DNA of 46,570 nucleotides from a virus (IMGVR_UViG_3300049139_000140:1-46570); one strand, 5' to 3'; counted from the first letter of the stretch, positions 16,618 to 26,544 are shown. Notes: generated by a model from the sequence alone, not told the origin. A program made the numbers and translations.

Positions 16618-18261
16618 TCACCGCCTCACCGCGTAGATCGTCTCGGGTAGGGCGCCGATGTACTGGTTCCGCAGGTCGGTGGCCGCGTCCCCGGACGGGG
16701 TGGCGGCGCGCATCCTGATGTCGTCGCCGTACAGCAGTACGCCCGCGCCTGGCGTTCCGTTGATCGTGTAGAGCACGTTCCCGTAGGCGGCGGAGGCTGG
16801 GGCGGTGAAGTTGCTGTCCATGAAGACCCAGGCGCCCGTGGCTGGGGTGGTGGAGTTCGATGACGTGGAAAGGTACGCCTGCGAGGCGTCGAACCAGTTG
16901 ATGTTCAGGCCGATGCCCGCCGCGATTGAGGCGGGCGCGTACATCCAGCCGGAGGCCCGGTAGCTCTGCCCTGTGCTGACCGGGGAGAGGGCGGACTGGG
17001 CGCGGGGTGCGGATCCGGCGGTGGAGGTGAGGAGCCCGGACCATGATCCGTATTTAGCCTGAACGTTGGAACGGGTGAGAGTGGCGTTCGTGGTGGTCCA
17101 GCCGGACGCGTCCGTTTCGAACGTCGGGTTACTGTTCAGGGTCGGCTGGCTGGCGACGGCGCCGATCCAGAAGTCCAGGCTGGTGGCCGCAGCCCGGGTG
17201 ACGCCGCCGCTAGCGTGAGCGGCGAGAGTGCGGGCGGAGCCGGCGGCAAAGCGGTTGCCGGCGGCGTCGTCGCCGGTTGCGGTGACGTAGCCGGACGCGG
17301 CGAACGACGTGTTCGTTTCGGCGGTCGCCAGGTAGGCGGCGAGGGTGTTCGCGGTGGTGGTCTGTAGGTATCCCTCGACGGTGCGGGAGCCGCGGCGCAG
17401 CGTGAGGTCGAGGGTGGCGCGCCCCGGGCTGAGGCCCTTGGTCAACCTGAGGATCACGTGTTCAGGGTCGTTGCGGAGCAGCGTCGCCCCGTCCCATGTT
17501 GTGATCGACGCTGCGGAGCCGGAGGCGCTGATGTTCCACAGCTTGGATTGCCACGCCCCGCCCGCGTAGGTCTGCACGTCGAGGGTTGCCGACGCCGAGG
17601 TGGTGACGTTGACGAGGCCGTTGGTCAGCGCCCATCCGGTCGGCGCCAGCGACTGGTCGACGCCGCACACCTCTGTTCCGCTGGCGGTGAGGCGGACGCG
17701 GCCGTTGAGGTAGCTGGTGGGGGCGCACCCCCAGCGCGGGGAGACTCCGGCCGGGATGCTCCGGTAGACGGTGATGGTGCCGTCCGCTCCGGTGCGGGTC
17801 ATCGTGGTGGGGCTGGAAGTGCCGGTCTGGTAGCCGTAGTGGCCGATAGGCGGGGCGTGCCAGCGTTCCCCTGTCAGGGCGAAGTCGTTGACGCGGGCGA
17901 CTCCGGTGAGCCTGCTCTGCAGGTCGACTTCGCTGTCTGAGCCGAGGCGGGTCAGGCCGAGTTTCCAGTCGCAGGTGACGACCTCGTTGCGCCACTCCGT
18001 GTAGTCCGCGGAGACGGAGTCGACGTTGACGTAGCAGTTACGTTCGGGCTTGTCCGTGAAGGTGAGCGGGTGCACGCAGCCTTGCTCGAGGGCGGTCAGG
18101 TTGTCGTGCCGCCACACCAGCGCGGCTCGGGTGAGGGGCGGCGTGGACTCCTGCCCTTCCAGGTCGAGGGTGCGCGCTGTCCCGACGGACTCGCCTTCCT
18201 TGAACGTCTCCCGCAACAGGAGCCGCCCCACCTGCAGATCTCCGTAGTCGCCCTGGGGCAT
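16618..18261 (-). CDS. Minor tail protein (distal-tail position) with C-terminal carbohydrate-binding module (CBM4_9-like)
   Basis: First gene after tape measure; LNSNPTFETDASGW...VSTGQSYRASGWMY...INWFDA...YGDDI galactose-binding-fold pattern. Confidence 0.75.
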   Translation of the reverse strand: MPQGDYGDLQVGRLLLRETFKEGESVGTARTLDLEGQESTPPLTRAALVWRHDNLTALEQGCVHPLTFTDKPERNCYVNVDSVSADYTEWRNEVVTCDWKLGLTRLGSDSEVDLQSRLTGVARVNDFALTGERWHAPPIGHYGYQTGTSSPTTMTRTGADGTITVYRSIPAGVSPRWGCAPTSYLNGRVRLTASGTEVCGVDQSLAPTGWALTNGLVNVTTSASATLDVQTYAGGAWQSKLWNISASGSAASITTWDGATLLRNDPEHVILRLTKGLSPGRATLDLTLRRGSRTVEGYLQTTTANTLAAYLATAETNTSFAASGYVTATGDDAAGNRFAAGSARTLAAHASGGVTRAAATSLDFWIGAVASQPTLNSNPTFETDASGWTTTNATLTRSNVQAKYGSWSGLLTSTAGSAPRAQSALSPVSTGQSYRASGWMYAPASIAAGIGLNINWFDASQAYLSTSSNSTTPATGAWVFMDSNFTAPASAAYGNVLYTINGTPGAGVLLYGDDIRMRAATPSGDAATDLRNQYIGALPETIYAVRR

Positions 18262-21200
18262 CAGCGACGCCTCGCCTTCTGGTAGTCGAGGAGCGCGTCG
18301 TTGATGTCCTTCGCCATCGCCTGCGCGAACGCCTTCCGCTCGGCCGCGGCAGGCAGCGTCATCGTGTTGAAGGTCGGCGTCAGGTGGACTACGACGGATG
18401 CGCCGCCCTGTATGGAGGCGGCCGATGCGCCCGCCATCATGGCCGGCCGGACCCGGAGACCCGCCGCCTTGCCGGAGAGCAGGGTGCTGCCCGCCGCGGC
18501 CCGCTTGACCCAGCCCTGCTCGACGCCCTGGAAGGCGAAGTCGCCGATGGGCTCCATCACCTTCGCCGGGCTTTTGATTCCCAGGGCGGCCTTGATGGAC
18601 TTCTCCATCGCCTTCGCGATCACCATCATCGCGAGTTCAATCTTGCTCTGCTGGGCGGTGAGGCCCTTCACCAGGCCCTCGGCGGCCCGCACGCCAGCCC
18701 CGTACATGGCGTCCGCCGTGACCGTGCCCGCCTTGTCCGCACTCTTCTTCAGCTGCGCCTCAAGCTCGTTGATCTGCTTGATCTGTGCGGGCGTCGCGTT
18801 GAGGAGGGACTGAGCGGTCGCCATGCCGCCGCCGGTGACGCCGGCCTGCGCGATCTCACTGATCGACTGGCCGTTGAGCCCCTTGCCCTTGAGCTGCTCG
18901 AGCATGCTCGCGAACTGGGTGGTGCGGCTCGTGTCGGACTGCAGCTGCTTGATCAAGGTCTCGGGGCTGGTGCCGTACTTGCCGATCTTCGTGATGTTGC
19001 CGAAGCTCACCAGCGACGAGGACACGGACGTCTTGAGCTGGTCGAACTTGCCCTTCACGTCCTCGAGCGCGTCCTTCGCCTTGTCGAGGGACTTGTTGAC
19101 CGACTCCAGCTTCTTCTGGTTGTCGAGGAGCGCCTTGCCGGACTTCATCATCTGCGAGACGAGCCGCGTCTCGGTCGCGCCGGAGAACGCCTTCCTGATG
19201 TTCGCCAGGTACGTGTTGATCGACCCAGCCAGGGCGTTGACGGAGTCCGGCATGCCCAGGTTGTGGATCATCTCAGGGTTCTTGAAGCCGGCCAGCTTCC
19301 CCGCCGTAGAGAAGGTGACGTCGCCGGTGAGGGCGCCGCGGCCTTCCTTCTGCCGCTGCTTCTCCGCTGCGGCGGCGGCCTTCTGCTTCGCGGTGAGCTT
19401 GCCGCCCTTGGCGAAGCCCGGAAGGCTGAGCCGCCCGGCGTTGAGGGCATCCATGAAGGGGACGCCATACTTGTCGACCGCAGCGGCCCGCACCACGTAC
19501 TCGGTATCGGAAACCCGGGCGGCTGCACCGGATCCCATGAGCGCATTGATGCTGTCGCTCATCGGTCCGCCGGGGCCCTGAACATATCCCCCGTTGGGGA
19601 AGTACTGAACGTTGCCGCCGCCCGCGTAGCCGGGTACAGGTCCACCCTGGGCACGGCGGTAGCCACCCACAGCGCTGTGGACGCTTCCGCTCCCCTTGGT
19701 GACGATCTCAGTGATCTTTACGGTCTTCAGGTAGGTGGTGGCCGTCTTCCCGTCGATACTGTTCATCGCCTGGTTCACCGCGCCGATCGACCCGATGGCC
19801 TGGCCGTTCTTCGTGGTGACCTGGGTGCTTCCGTCCGGCAGCGTCTTCGTTTTGTAGCCGACGGCTTCCAGGGCCTTGATCGCTGCCGCGTTCAGGGTGG
19901 ATACCGTGACGGACTTCGCTCCCGGCGTCTTCTGGATCTCGGCCTGCACCTCGTTCAGGCCCGTGAGCGCGTCCTGCCGCTCCGCCTTCACCAGGGTTGT
20001 GACCTGTCCAGGTACGCCGAGCAGCTTGTCGGTGTACTCCTGCGCCTTCTTCTTGTTGCCGTCGAACGCATCGGTTGCCAGCCGCATCATCGTGGTGCGC
20101 AGCTGGTCAGACTTGCTGGTCATCGACCCGAGGGATTCACCCGACGCGATTCCGGCGGCGATCATCTCGTCGTGCGCTTTGGCCGCCGCCGACATGGTCT
20201 CGCCGTTCTTGCGGCCCGCTTCGCTGCTGATGTCGAGGGTGGCGCCGTTCTCCTTGAACGAGGCGGTGAGCGCGTCAACGCCCGCCTCGAACTGGATCTG
20301 CGAGTCGTAGGCCGCCCGGTTCGTGTCGTTCAGGTTGAGGATCGCCTGCCGTAGGCCGTCCGCGGACGTCTTCTGGGACTCCAGCTTGCGGCCGGTCTCC
20401 AGGGCCATGTCGCCGAAGACGCCCATGCCGCGGGCGGCGAGTTCCTGCTCCGCCTTCAGGTTGGCGACGGCCGCCTTGTAGTTGTCGAACGTCTTGTTGA
20501 TCTCGGCGTCGGATATGCCTTCGCCTCGCAGCGCTTCCCGGATGGTGGCGAAGTCTTCCGCTGCCGCCTGCCCGTACCCGGAGGTCGCCAGATGGGCCAG
20601 GGCGTCGTCGAGAGCGCCGAACTTGTCCGCGAGGGCGGTTGCCGACTCCTCGCCGTTCTTGAAGTCGTCGATCATGCCCCAGAACCAGTCACCGACCGGG
20701 TTGGTGCGGTTCTTGATCTCGAATAGCTCCGTCTGGGACATCTTCGACTGGAGGCGGTCGACCTCTGCCTGGGCCTCGCTCAGCTTCTTCAGGTCGTCGG
20801 CCAGGCCGTCCATGTTGCCGAATGCGTCGCGCAGTTCGCCCGTGAACTTTCCCGTGTCCGCGAGCCGCATCAGGCTGGTCGTCAGGCGGTCGACGTCCGG
20901 GGGCGCCCCGCGTGCCTTGTCCGCCAGCTTGTCGATGCCGATCGCGGCCACGGCCAGGACTCCGAGGCCGATGCTCGCCTTCTGTACTGCCGTCATGCTC
21001 GCCGCGGTCGCCCGTAGGGTCGGTCCCACACCGGCCGCGCGCATCAGTGCGAAGTAGGCGCCGAGGCGGGCCACCGCCCCAGCCGACGCGGCGCCCGCCA
21101 CCATGCCCACGCCGACGCTGATCAGTTTCAGTGCCGCGTACAGCTGCAGCATGGTTCCGAGGGCTTCGGGTGGCACGGCGTTGACCAGCTCTGCCAGAGC

Positions 21201-21977
21201 GTTGACGGCGGTCAGCATGGAGATGCCCAGGTCACCGCCGGCCGCAGCGAGATTGATCACTGCCTCTGCGAGGTTCGCGAGAGTCTCGCCCAGTACCGGC
21301 CCTACGTCGCCTGCCGTGTCGATGAACTCGTCGAAGCCGCCGCCTGCTCCGAAGTCAGCCACCGCGCGGGAGAGCTCCAGGATGCCGTCCAGGCCGAAGC
21401 GCAGCGATCCGGTGGCGAACTCTGTGAAGTCGCCCATCATGCGGTCGAAGCCGGGGGACGCCACCTCGCCGGCGACGAGGGTGAGGAAGCGGTCCAGTTC
21501 CCGCGACGTGCCCTGTACCAGGCCGGTCGTCTTCGGCAGCAGTGCTTGGAAGAGCTGGAAACTGTGCGTGAAGACGGGCATGGTGTCGTCGGCGAGACTG
21601 TCGGACCATGCCTTGTACTCGTCGGTGAGCGCAGCCCAGGCGGCGGTGGCCTCACGGGTGGCGCGCGGCATTGCTGCCAGCGTCCGCTGGTACTCCAGCT
21701 GCGCCTGCGCCGCCTCTTTGGAGCCCCGCCCGGACTTGGCGACCGCGTCTTCGTACTTGTTCTGCGCCTGCGTGGCGTTCTTCAGGTCGACGATCTGCTT
21801 GGCGGCGGCGACACCGAACGCGGCGACCCCCGCGCCGGCGGAGGCGATGCCTGCGGCTGCGACTCCGGCTACGGGCCCGACGGCGCCGAGCGCTCCGACG
21901 AGGCCGGTGATCGCCGTCATGGCCTTGCCGGTTTTGGCCTCGACCTCGACGTGCCCGGAGGCGATGAGGAAGGACAC
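18261..21977 (-). CDS. Tape measure protein
   Basis: 1238 aa, Ala/Gly-rich helical; GPGGPMSDSI..VSDTEYVVRAAAV and LGIKSPAKVM motifs; follows tail chaperone. Confidence 0.92.
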   Translation of the reverse strand: MSFLIASGHVEVEAKTGKAMTAITGLVGALGAVGPVAGVAAAGIASAGAGVAAFGVAAAKQIVDLKNATQAQNKYEDAVAKSGRGSKEAAQAQLEYQRTLAAMPRATREATAAWAALTDEYKAWSDSLADDTMPVFTHSFQLFQALLPKTTGLVQGTSRELDRFLTLVAGEVASPGFDRMMGDFTEFATGSLRFGLDGILELSRAVADFGAGGGFDEFIDTAGDVGPVLGETLANLAEAVINLAAAGGDLGISMLTAVNALAELVNAVPPEALGTMLQLYAALKLISVGVGMVAGAASAGAVARLGAYFALMRAAGVGPTLRATAASMTAVQKASIGLGVLAVAAIGIDKLADKARGAPPDVDRLTTSLMRLADTGKFTGELRDAFGNMDGLADDLKKLSEAQAEVDRLQSKMSQTELFEIKNRTNPVGDWFWGMIDDFKNGEESATALADKFGALDDALAHLATSGYGQAAAEDFATIREALRGEGISDAEINKTFDNYKAAVANLKAEQELAARGMGVFGDMALETGRKLESQKTSADGLRQAILNLNDTNRAAYDSQIQFEAGVDALTASFKENGATLDISSEAGRKNGETMSAAAKAHDEMIAAGIASGESLGSMTSKSDQLRTTMMRLATDAFDGNKKKAQEYTDKLLGVPGQVTTLVKAERQDALTGLNEVQAEIQKTPGAKSVTVSTLNAAAIKALEAVGYKTKTLPDGSTQVTTKNGQAIGSIGAVNQAMNSIDGKTATTYLKTVKITEIVTKGSGSVHSAVGGYRRAQGGPVPGYAGGGNVQYFPNGGYVQGPGGPMSDSINALMGSGAAARVSDTEYVVRAAAVDKYGVPFMDALNAGRLSLPGFAKGGKLTAKQKAAAAAEKQRQKEGRGALTGDVTFSTAGKLAGFKNPEMIHNLGMPDSVNALAGSINTYLANIRKAFSGATETRLVSQMMKSGKALLDNQKKLESVNKSLDKAKDALEDVKGKFDQLKTSVSSSLVSFGNITKIGKYGTSPETLIKQLQSDTSRTTQFASMLEQLKGKGLNGQSISEIAQAGVTGGGMATAQSLLNATPAQIKQINELEAQLKKSADKAGTVTADAMYGAGVRAAEGLVKGLTAQQSKIELAMMVIAKAMEKSIKAALGIKSPAKVMEPIGDFAFQGVEQGWVKRAAAGSTLLSGKAAGLRVRPAMMAGASAASIQGGASVVVHLTPTFNTMTLPAAAERKAFAQAMAKDINDALLDYQKARRR

Positions 21978-21981
21978 CGGG

Positions 21982-22296
21982 CTACACCTCCACGCGTTCG
22001 ATCAGGCCGGGGATGAGGAGGTTGACCGCGTCGACGGATACCTCTTCGGCTTCGGTGGGCGTGGCAGGTGCGGCTGCCTGTGCGGGTTCGGTCAGGGTGT
22101 GGATGACGGCGGTCATGGCGCCGTCGTAGGCGGGCAGGCGGGCAGCCCTGGCAAGGAACCGCTTCGCGCTCAGCGACTCGTCGGTTTCGAGGTCGATGCC
22201 GTAGATCGCGAGGAAGTCCGCGTCGACGTCATCGCGGTACTCGACGATCCAGGCGTGGTCTGCTAGCTGGCTAGTGAAGCGTCCGAAGCTTTTCCC
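21982..22296 (-). CDS. Tail assembly chaperone C-terminal (gpT-like) part, reached by -1 frameshift
   Basis: The -1 frame after GGGAAAA (22296-22290) is open to TAG at 21982: SFGRFTSQLADHAWIVEYRDDVDADFLAIYGIDL...RFLARAARLPAYDGAM...IERVEV; absent from ORF track. Confidence 0.8.
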   Translation of the reverse strand, partial: GKSFGRFTSQLADHAWIVEYRDDVDADFLAIYGIDLETDESLSAKRFLARAARLPAYDGAMTAVIHTLTEPAQAAAPATPTEAEEVSVDAVNLLIPGLIERVEV

Positions 22297-22685
22297 GCCT
22301 CCTCCTCGCCGCGGGCTGCGCGCTTCTCCTGGTCGAAGAAGAGGGAGGTGACAGCCTTGATGGCCTGGTCGAACTGGTCCTGGGTGATGCTCTCGGCCTC
22401 GTAGTGCTCGAGGAGGCTCTGGTACTGCTCCTTGCCGAGGACGAGTTCGGCGACGTACATGGAACCGAACAGCGGGCCGTCGCGGCGCATCTTGTCGATG
22501 CCGAGGTACACGATCCGCGGGGAGATCAGCTTGGGGACGGTGAACTCTTCGCCGTCGATGTAGAACAGCGGCTCGCGGGCCTCCTCAACGGCGGGCACCG
22601 AAGCGGTCGAGAGACGCAGCACGCCGTCGTCTTCGGCGGGTGCGGGCACCGGAGCGGTGCGGGTCTTGGGCGCTCGGGTGGTCAC
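22263..22685 (-). CDS. Tail assembly chaperone (gpG-like)
   Basis: Between major tail protein and tape measure; REPLFYIDGEEFTVP; ends ...EAGKASDASLAS over the slippery site. Confidence 0.85.
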   Translation of the reverse strand: MTTRAPKTRTAPVPAPAEDDGVLRLSTASVPAVEEAREPLFYIDGEEFTVPKLISPRIVYLGIDKMRRDGPLFGSMYVAELVLGKEQYQSLLEHYEAESITQDQFDQAIKAVTSLFFDQEKRAARGEEEAGKASDASLAS

Positions 22686-22693
22686 GGTGGCTC

Positions 22694-23254
22694 CTAGGCG
22701 GTCTCGTCGATGAGCTTGAACGGCGCGATGACGGAGGACACGTAGAAGCCGGACCACTTCACGGTGAAGAGGGTCTGGCCGTCCTTCTTGTACGTCGACT
22801 CGACCTTGTCCGAGCTGAGCACCTTGCGGATGATGAACCGGCGGCGCAGCTGGTTGGGGGCGAACCCGTCGAGGATCGCCGCCCGGTAGGTGGGCTGCGT
22901 CGCCGAACTTGCGTAGATCGGCTCGAAGCTCTTGTAGCCCGAGCCGCTGGCCGCGGTGCCGTCGTTCAGCAAGTACTTCAGGTTCTCGAGCGTCGGCTCG
23001 GCGAGGTTCGTCTCGATCGTGAACAGGCGCTTGGTAAGGCGGGCGCCGGGGACGTCGACGATCTGGTCGACCTCGAGGTCGGTGTACGTCTGGTCGATCG
23101 TCAGCTTCGCGCCGTCCTGCGTGCCGCCGAGGTCAGTCCAGGCGGAGGCGGCCGGCGTGGTGTTGACGACGGTGTCGAGGGGTTCGGTGGCACCGAAGTT
23201 CCCGATGTACAGGGTCCCCGGTCCCATGATCAAGTTGGTGGTGGTGACCGCCAT
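22694..23254 (-). CDS. Major tail (tube) protein
   Basis: NLIMGPGTLYIG, WTDLGGTQDG, LEVDQ, TNLAEPTLENL; canonical position. Confidence 0.88.
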   Translation of the reverse strand: MAVTTTNLIMGPGTLYIGNFGATEPLDTVVNTTPAASAWTDLGGTQDGAKLTIDQTYTDLEVDQIVDVPGARLTKRLFTIETNLAEPTLENLKYLLNDGTAASGSGYKSFEPIYASSATQPTYRAAILDGFAPNQLRRRFIIRKVLSSDKVESTYKKDGQTLFTVKWSGFYVSSVIAPFKLIDETA

Positions 23255-23257
23255 GGC

Positions 23258-23443
23258 CTACTCCTTGATTTTCGCTGCGGCAGGGAACTTGGCCGGTGCG
23301 GCGGCAGGAGTGTGGGTGCGCTCGGTGTCGGTGGGCGTCTCGGCGTCCTCGATGAGGAGCCCCTGCCTCTTGAGGTCGAGGTACTCGGCATCGCCGACTT
23401 CGAGGTCGACGTGGGGCTGGATGCTGGTGCGGACGGTCGGCAT
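23258..23443 (-). CDS. Small hypothetical virion-region protein
   Basis: MPTVRTSIQPHVDLEVGDAEYLDLKRQGLL; AGGAG RBS. Confidence 0.6.
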   Translation of the reverse strand: MPTVRTSIQPHVDLEVGDAEYLDLKRQGLLIEDAETPTDTERTHTPAAAPAKFPAAAKIKE

Positions 23444-23450
23444 GGCGCTC

Positions 23451-23903
23451 CTAGAGGGTGATCCAGTGCAGGACAAGGTCTGCCTGGTAGCGGGCGAAGG
23501 ACGCGTCATCGCCCGGCACTCGCCGCGGCTCTGACATGAAGTGCGCGGTCAGCACGCGGGCTTGGGGATAGCCGGGCCGGAGCGTGAGAGCCCGCTGGAG
23601 CCCGGCCTCGTCGTAGGTCGCTGCCACGATCAGCTCCATCAGGGAAGCCGCCTTGCCCCACGGCGGCTTGCCGGAGGAGGGATTAACCGCGTAGGCGTCG
23701 ACCTGGACGACCGGCTCGCGCAGTGCGTAGTCCAGTTGCGGACTCCCGCCCACAGCGCCGACCACGTGGACGAACCCGTTCGGCTCCCACGCTTCCTGGC
23801 TGGACGGCAGTGTCGTCGCGACCTGCCCCGGCTCGATCCCATCCGCGGACGCCAGCCAGGCCACGGCGACCAGCTCCGTGTTCGCCACGGGGACGACGGC
23901 CAT
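23451..23903 (-). CDS. Tail terminator protein
   Basis: ELVAVAWL, VGGSP...REPVVQVDAYA, ARYQADL; position before major tail. Confidence 0.75.
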   Translation of the reverse strand: MAVVPVANTELVAVAWLASADGIEPGQVATTLPSSQEAWEPNGFVHVVGAVGGSPQLDYALREPVVQVDAYAVNPSSGKPPWGKAASLMELIVAATYDEAGLQRALTLRPGYPQARVLTAHFMSEPRRVPGDDASFARYQADLVLHWITL

Positions 23904-24277
23904 CAGAGCCTCCCCCGCCGCTTGTAGAGCGCCGGCCTCATGAACGGTTGGGCCGGGGTGCCGGGGTGAAAGACCCGGTTCACGGGATGCCGGGCGCCCG
24001 GCCAGTGCAGGGCCTTCTTCGTATTCGGGGTGATGATGTGCGGCCCTGACCCGAACTCGACGGTGCTCCAGTACGGGACGTTGCGGACGCCGACACGCAG
24101 CTCGCCGCGGTTCACCTCGTGGTACAGCGCTGCCCGCATGCGGCCGGTGCGCACCGGGGCCATGCGTTCCATGTCGTTCTGGATTTCCCTGCCGAGTTTG
24201 TTGAGGTAGCGGGTGACGGAGTTGCGGACCCAGCCCGGCCAGCCGGCGTTCACGACGACGCGGTAATCAGCACCCAT
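23903..24277 (-). CDS. HK97 gp10-like neck/tail-completion protein
   Basis: APVRTGRMRAA, YWSTVEFGSGPHII, VFHPGTPAQPFMRPAL. Confidence 0.85.
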   Translation of the reverse strand: MGADYRVVVNAGWPGWVRNSVTRYLNKLGREIQNDMERMAPVRTGRMRAALYHEVNRGELRVGVRNVPYWSTVEFGSGPHIITPNTKKALHWPGARHPVNRVFHPGTPAQPFMRPALYKRRGRL

Positions 24278-24373
24278 CCCTGCACCTCCTCTACGGTCGG
24301 CGGGCTTGCTGCCCTGCTGGCCGGCCGTTTACGGGCCGTGGATGCCAGTGGGGCGGTGTTCTATTTCGGAGCC

Positions 24374-24709
24374 TCAGGCGGCTCGTCCTGTGCGTTTCAG
24401 GTCGGCGCGCAGAGGCTGCGCGAGGACGGGGTTGGCGTTGCGGGTGACGGCGACGACGATGTAGATCTCGTCCGTCGACTCGTCTTTGATCCGCTTGTCC
24501 TCGTCGACTGCTGTGCCGGGTGGCAGCCGGCAGACGTGGGTTCGCACGATGCGTTTGATCCCGGAGACTGGTTCGGATGCGGTGCGGGCCGATTCGATGA
24601 GCGACGCCGGGATGGCGGATGCCAGGACCGTGGTGCCGTCGGTGTCGTCGCCGAACTCGTCCGTGCTGCTGCCGCCGAGGATGCTGACGGTGGTAGTGGC
24701 CAGGTACAT
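24374..24709 (-). CDS. Head-to-tail stopper / head closure protein
   Basis: MYLATTTVSILGGSSTDEFGD; synteny after adaptor. Confidence 0.7.
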   Translation of the reverse strand: MYLATTTVSILGGSSTDEFGDDTDGTTVLASAIPASLIESARTASEPVSGIKRIVRTHVCRLPPGTAVDEDKRIKDESTDEIYIVVAVTRNANPVLAQPLRADLKRTGRAA

Positions 24710-25152
24710 CAGGCACCGTCCACGGGTGTCCACTCGAACTGCTCGTCGCTGGCGTCCGAGAGGGCGCTGGCGTAGCCGCCATGGCCGTCAACGAACGGCG
24801 ACCGCACGTGGATGGTGCGGGACCGCATCCACGAGCAGCGTTGCAGCGCCTGCTTGGCCTCCGGGCCGAGGACCATCGCTGTGGCGTTGAGGCTGGCGAC
24901 GACGCCGTCCTGCTGGACCTGGTTGGCGTCCAGGCGGGTGTGCAGGTCGTACTGGCTCTTCTGCCACGCCGCCTGGTAGGCGACCGCTTTCCGCAGCCAG
25001 TACACGTCCCGGGTGCGGATCCGGGCCGTGTCGTCGTAGATCCGGTTGGAGAACATTTCGATGCTGGACTGCGCCTGGGACAGCTGCGCATCGGTCACCG
25101 ACACCCCGGTGATATCGATGACTTGCTGCGGAGTTGCCCAGGCGTCGACCAT
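24709..25152 (-). CDS. Head-to-tail adaptor
   Basis: AWATPQQVIDITG, LRKAVAYQAAW, LGPEAKQAL; synteny. Confidence 0.72.
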   Translation of the reverse strand: MVDAWATPQQVIDITGVSVTDAQLSQAQSSIEMFSNRIYDDTARIRTRDVYWLRKAVAYQAAWQKSQYDLHTRLDANQVQQDGVVASLNATAMVLGPEAKQALQRCSWMRSRTIHVRSPFVDGHGGYASALSDASDEQFEWTPVDGA

Positions 25153-25153
25153 G

Positions 25154-25582
25154 TCAGCCCTCGGCCTTGCTGCTGCTGGTGTCGCCGCCGGCGTCTTCGA
25201 TGACGTCGCGCGGGGTGGTGGTGTCCTCCGGCTTGTCGTCGACCGACGACGGCACGGTCTCCACCGAGTAGGTGAGAGTCAGGGACGCGCCGTCAGGGTG
25301 GTCCTCGGAGCCGTCGAAGCTGGCTTCGCCACGCGGGTGCAGGCCGCGCTGGATCGCCTCGTTGTGGACCGCGGCCTTGTTGGCCTCGTGCTGGTACTCC
25401 TCGCCGGTCCACGCCTCGCCGAGGACGACGAACTCCTTGACGTGCCGTGTGCCCTTGGCGCCGTCCGGGGACCGCTCGTCGACCTCCACGTCGGGCTGGC
25501 CGGCCTTGGCGGGGAACTGCCGCTGCCGTACCTGCTCGCGGGCCTCGCTGGCCTTGCTGCTGGTGGTCTTCCTGGTTGCCAC
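25154..25582 (-). CDS. Hypothetical protein downstream of capsid gene
   Basis: VATRKTTSSK... C-terminal part of ORF 25154..26830; GGGAGG RBS before GTG at 25582. Confidence 0.65.
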   Translation of the reverse strand: MATRKTTSSKASEAREQVRQRQFPAKAGQPDVEVDERSPDGAKGTRHVKEFVVLGEAWTGEEYQHEANKAAVHNEAIQRGLHPRGEASFDGSEDHPDGASLTLTYSVETVPSSVDDKPEDTTTPRDVIEDAGGDTSSSKAEG

Positions 25583-25629
25583 GGCTCGCCTCCCTGCTGT
25601 GGTGTCGTGCCGCCCGACGCGAGAGAGGG

Positions 25630-26544
25630 TCAGCCGACGAGGATGGCCGCGCCGTTGGGGTGGCCGTAGGCCCAGCCGCGGCGGGCGCGCATCTTGAGGA
25701 TCGACTCGTCGGTGAGGGCGGACAGTCCGTCGCGGCCGTCGATGAACACGGACTCGGGTCCGGAACGGACGCCGAGGAGCATGAGCTCGGGGTTGACGAA
25801 CGCCATGATCGGCCGGCCGGTCGGGGTCGGCGTCGCGGTGGCGCTGATCTTCGCGCCGAGGGACCAGCGGACCGGAACGCCGAAGATGGTGTCGGGGGTG
25901 CCGGCACCGTTCTCGTTGAAGATCGGGCGGGACTGGCCGTCGACCACGCCGCGCAGGCTCTTCCGGAACGCCGGGTGCGCGATGGCGACCATGTTGCCGG
26001 GGTCGAAGTAGTCGCCGGCCTCGACGTTGCCGATCGCGGTGGAGAACTCCGTGTAGGTGGGGGCGCCCGAGCTGGAGGCGGTGGTGATGTTCGTGCCGCC
26101 GGTGTACGAGAGGGTGGCGTCCGTGGTGTTCAGCAGCTGGTAGAGGCTGGTGAACGGGATGGTGGTGCCGTTCTCGGCCGCCGACACGGCGAGGCTGGCG
26201 TTGTCGATCATCTTGGCGTAGGACTTGCCCCAGCCGATCATCTTCGCCTCGATGATGGAGGCGACCGAGTCGTCGATGTCCTCCTCGGCGATGCGCGCCG
26301 CCTTGCCGAACTTGCGGGCGGTGAGCAGGACTTCGTCGTTGAGGCTGACGTCCTCGCCGTAGGCGCCGCCCTTGGCGACGACGTCGACGCCCATCCCGGC
26401 GGTGCGGGGGACGTGCTTGGTGTCGGAGCCCATGGGGATGCGGGAGGCGAGGCCCTCGACCGCGGAGACCTGGAGCATGGACTGGATGACGCGGCTGGAG
26501 TCCCACTCTTCGGGGATCCAGGCTTCCATGGTGTTGCGTGCCAC
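25630..26544 (-). CDS. Major capsid protein (HK97 fold)
   Basis: WIPEEW, VLLTARKF...IAEEDIDDS, LRGVVDGQSRPIF, DTIFGVPV, KMRARRGW; AGGAGG RBS. Confidence 0.92.
   Translation of the reverse strand: MARNTMEAWIPEEWDSSRVIQSMLQVSAVEGLASRIPMGSDTKHVPRTAGMGVDVVAKGGAYGEDVSLNDEVLLTARKFGKAARIAEEDIDDSVASIIEAKMIGWGKSYAKMIDNASLAVSAAENGTTIPFTSLYQLLNTTDATLSYTGGTNITTASSSGAPTYTEFSTAIGNVEAGDYFDPGNMVAIAHPAFRKSLRGVVDGQSRPIFNENGAGTPDTIFGVPVRWSLGAKISATATPTPTGRPIMAFVNPELMLLGVRSGPESVFIDGRDGLSALTDESILKMRARRGWAYGHPNGAAILVG

Noticed and set aside
18384-20354. Long plus-strand ORFs opposite structural and transfer genes (also 14128-15279, 27467-28708, 28618-30138, 30519-31805, 36134-37870) and minus-strand ORFs opposite the glyco operon
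   Set aside because: Shadow ORFs expected from high-GC codon bias; no motifs, and they fully overlap well-supported genes on the other strand
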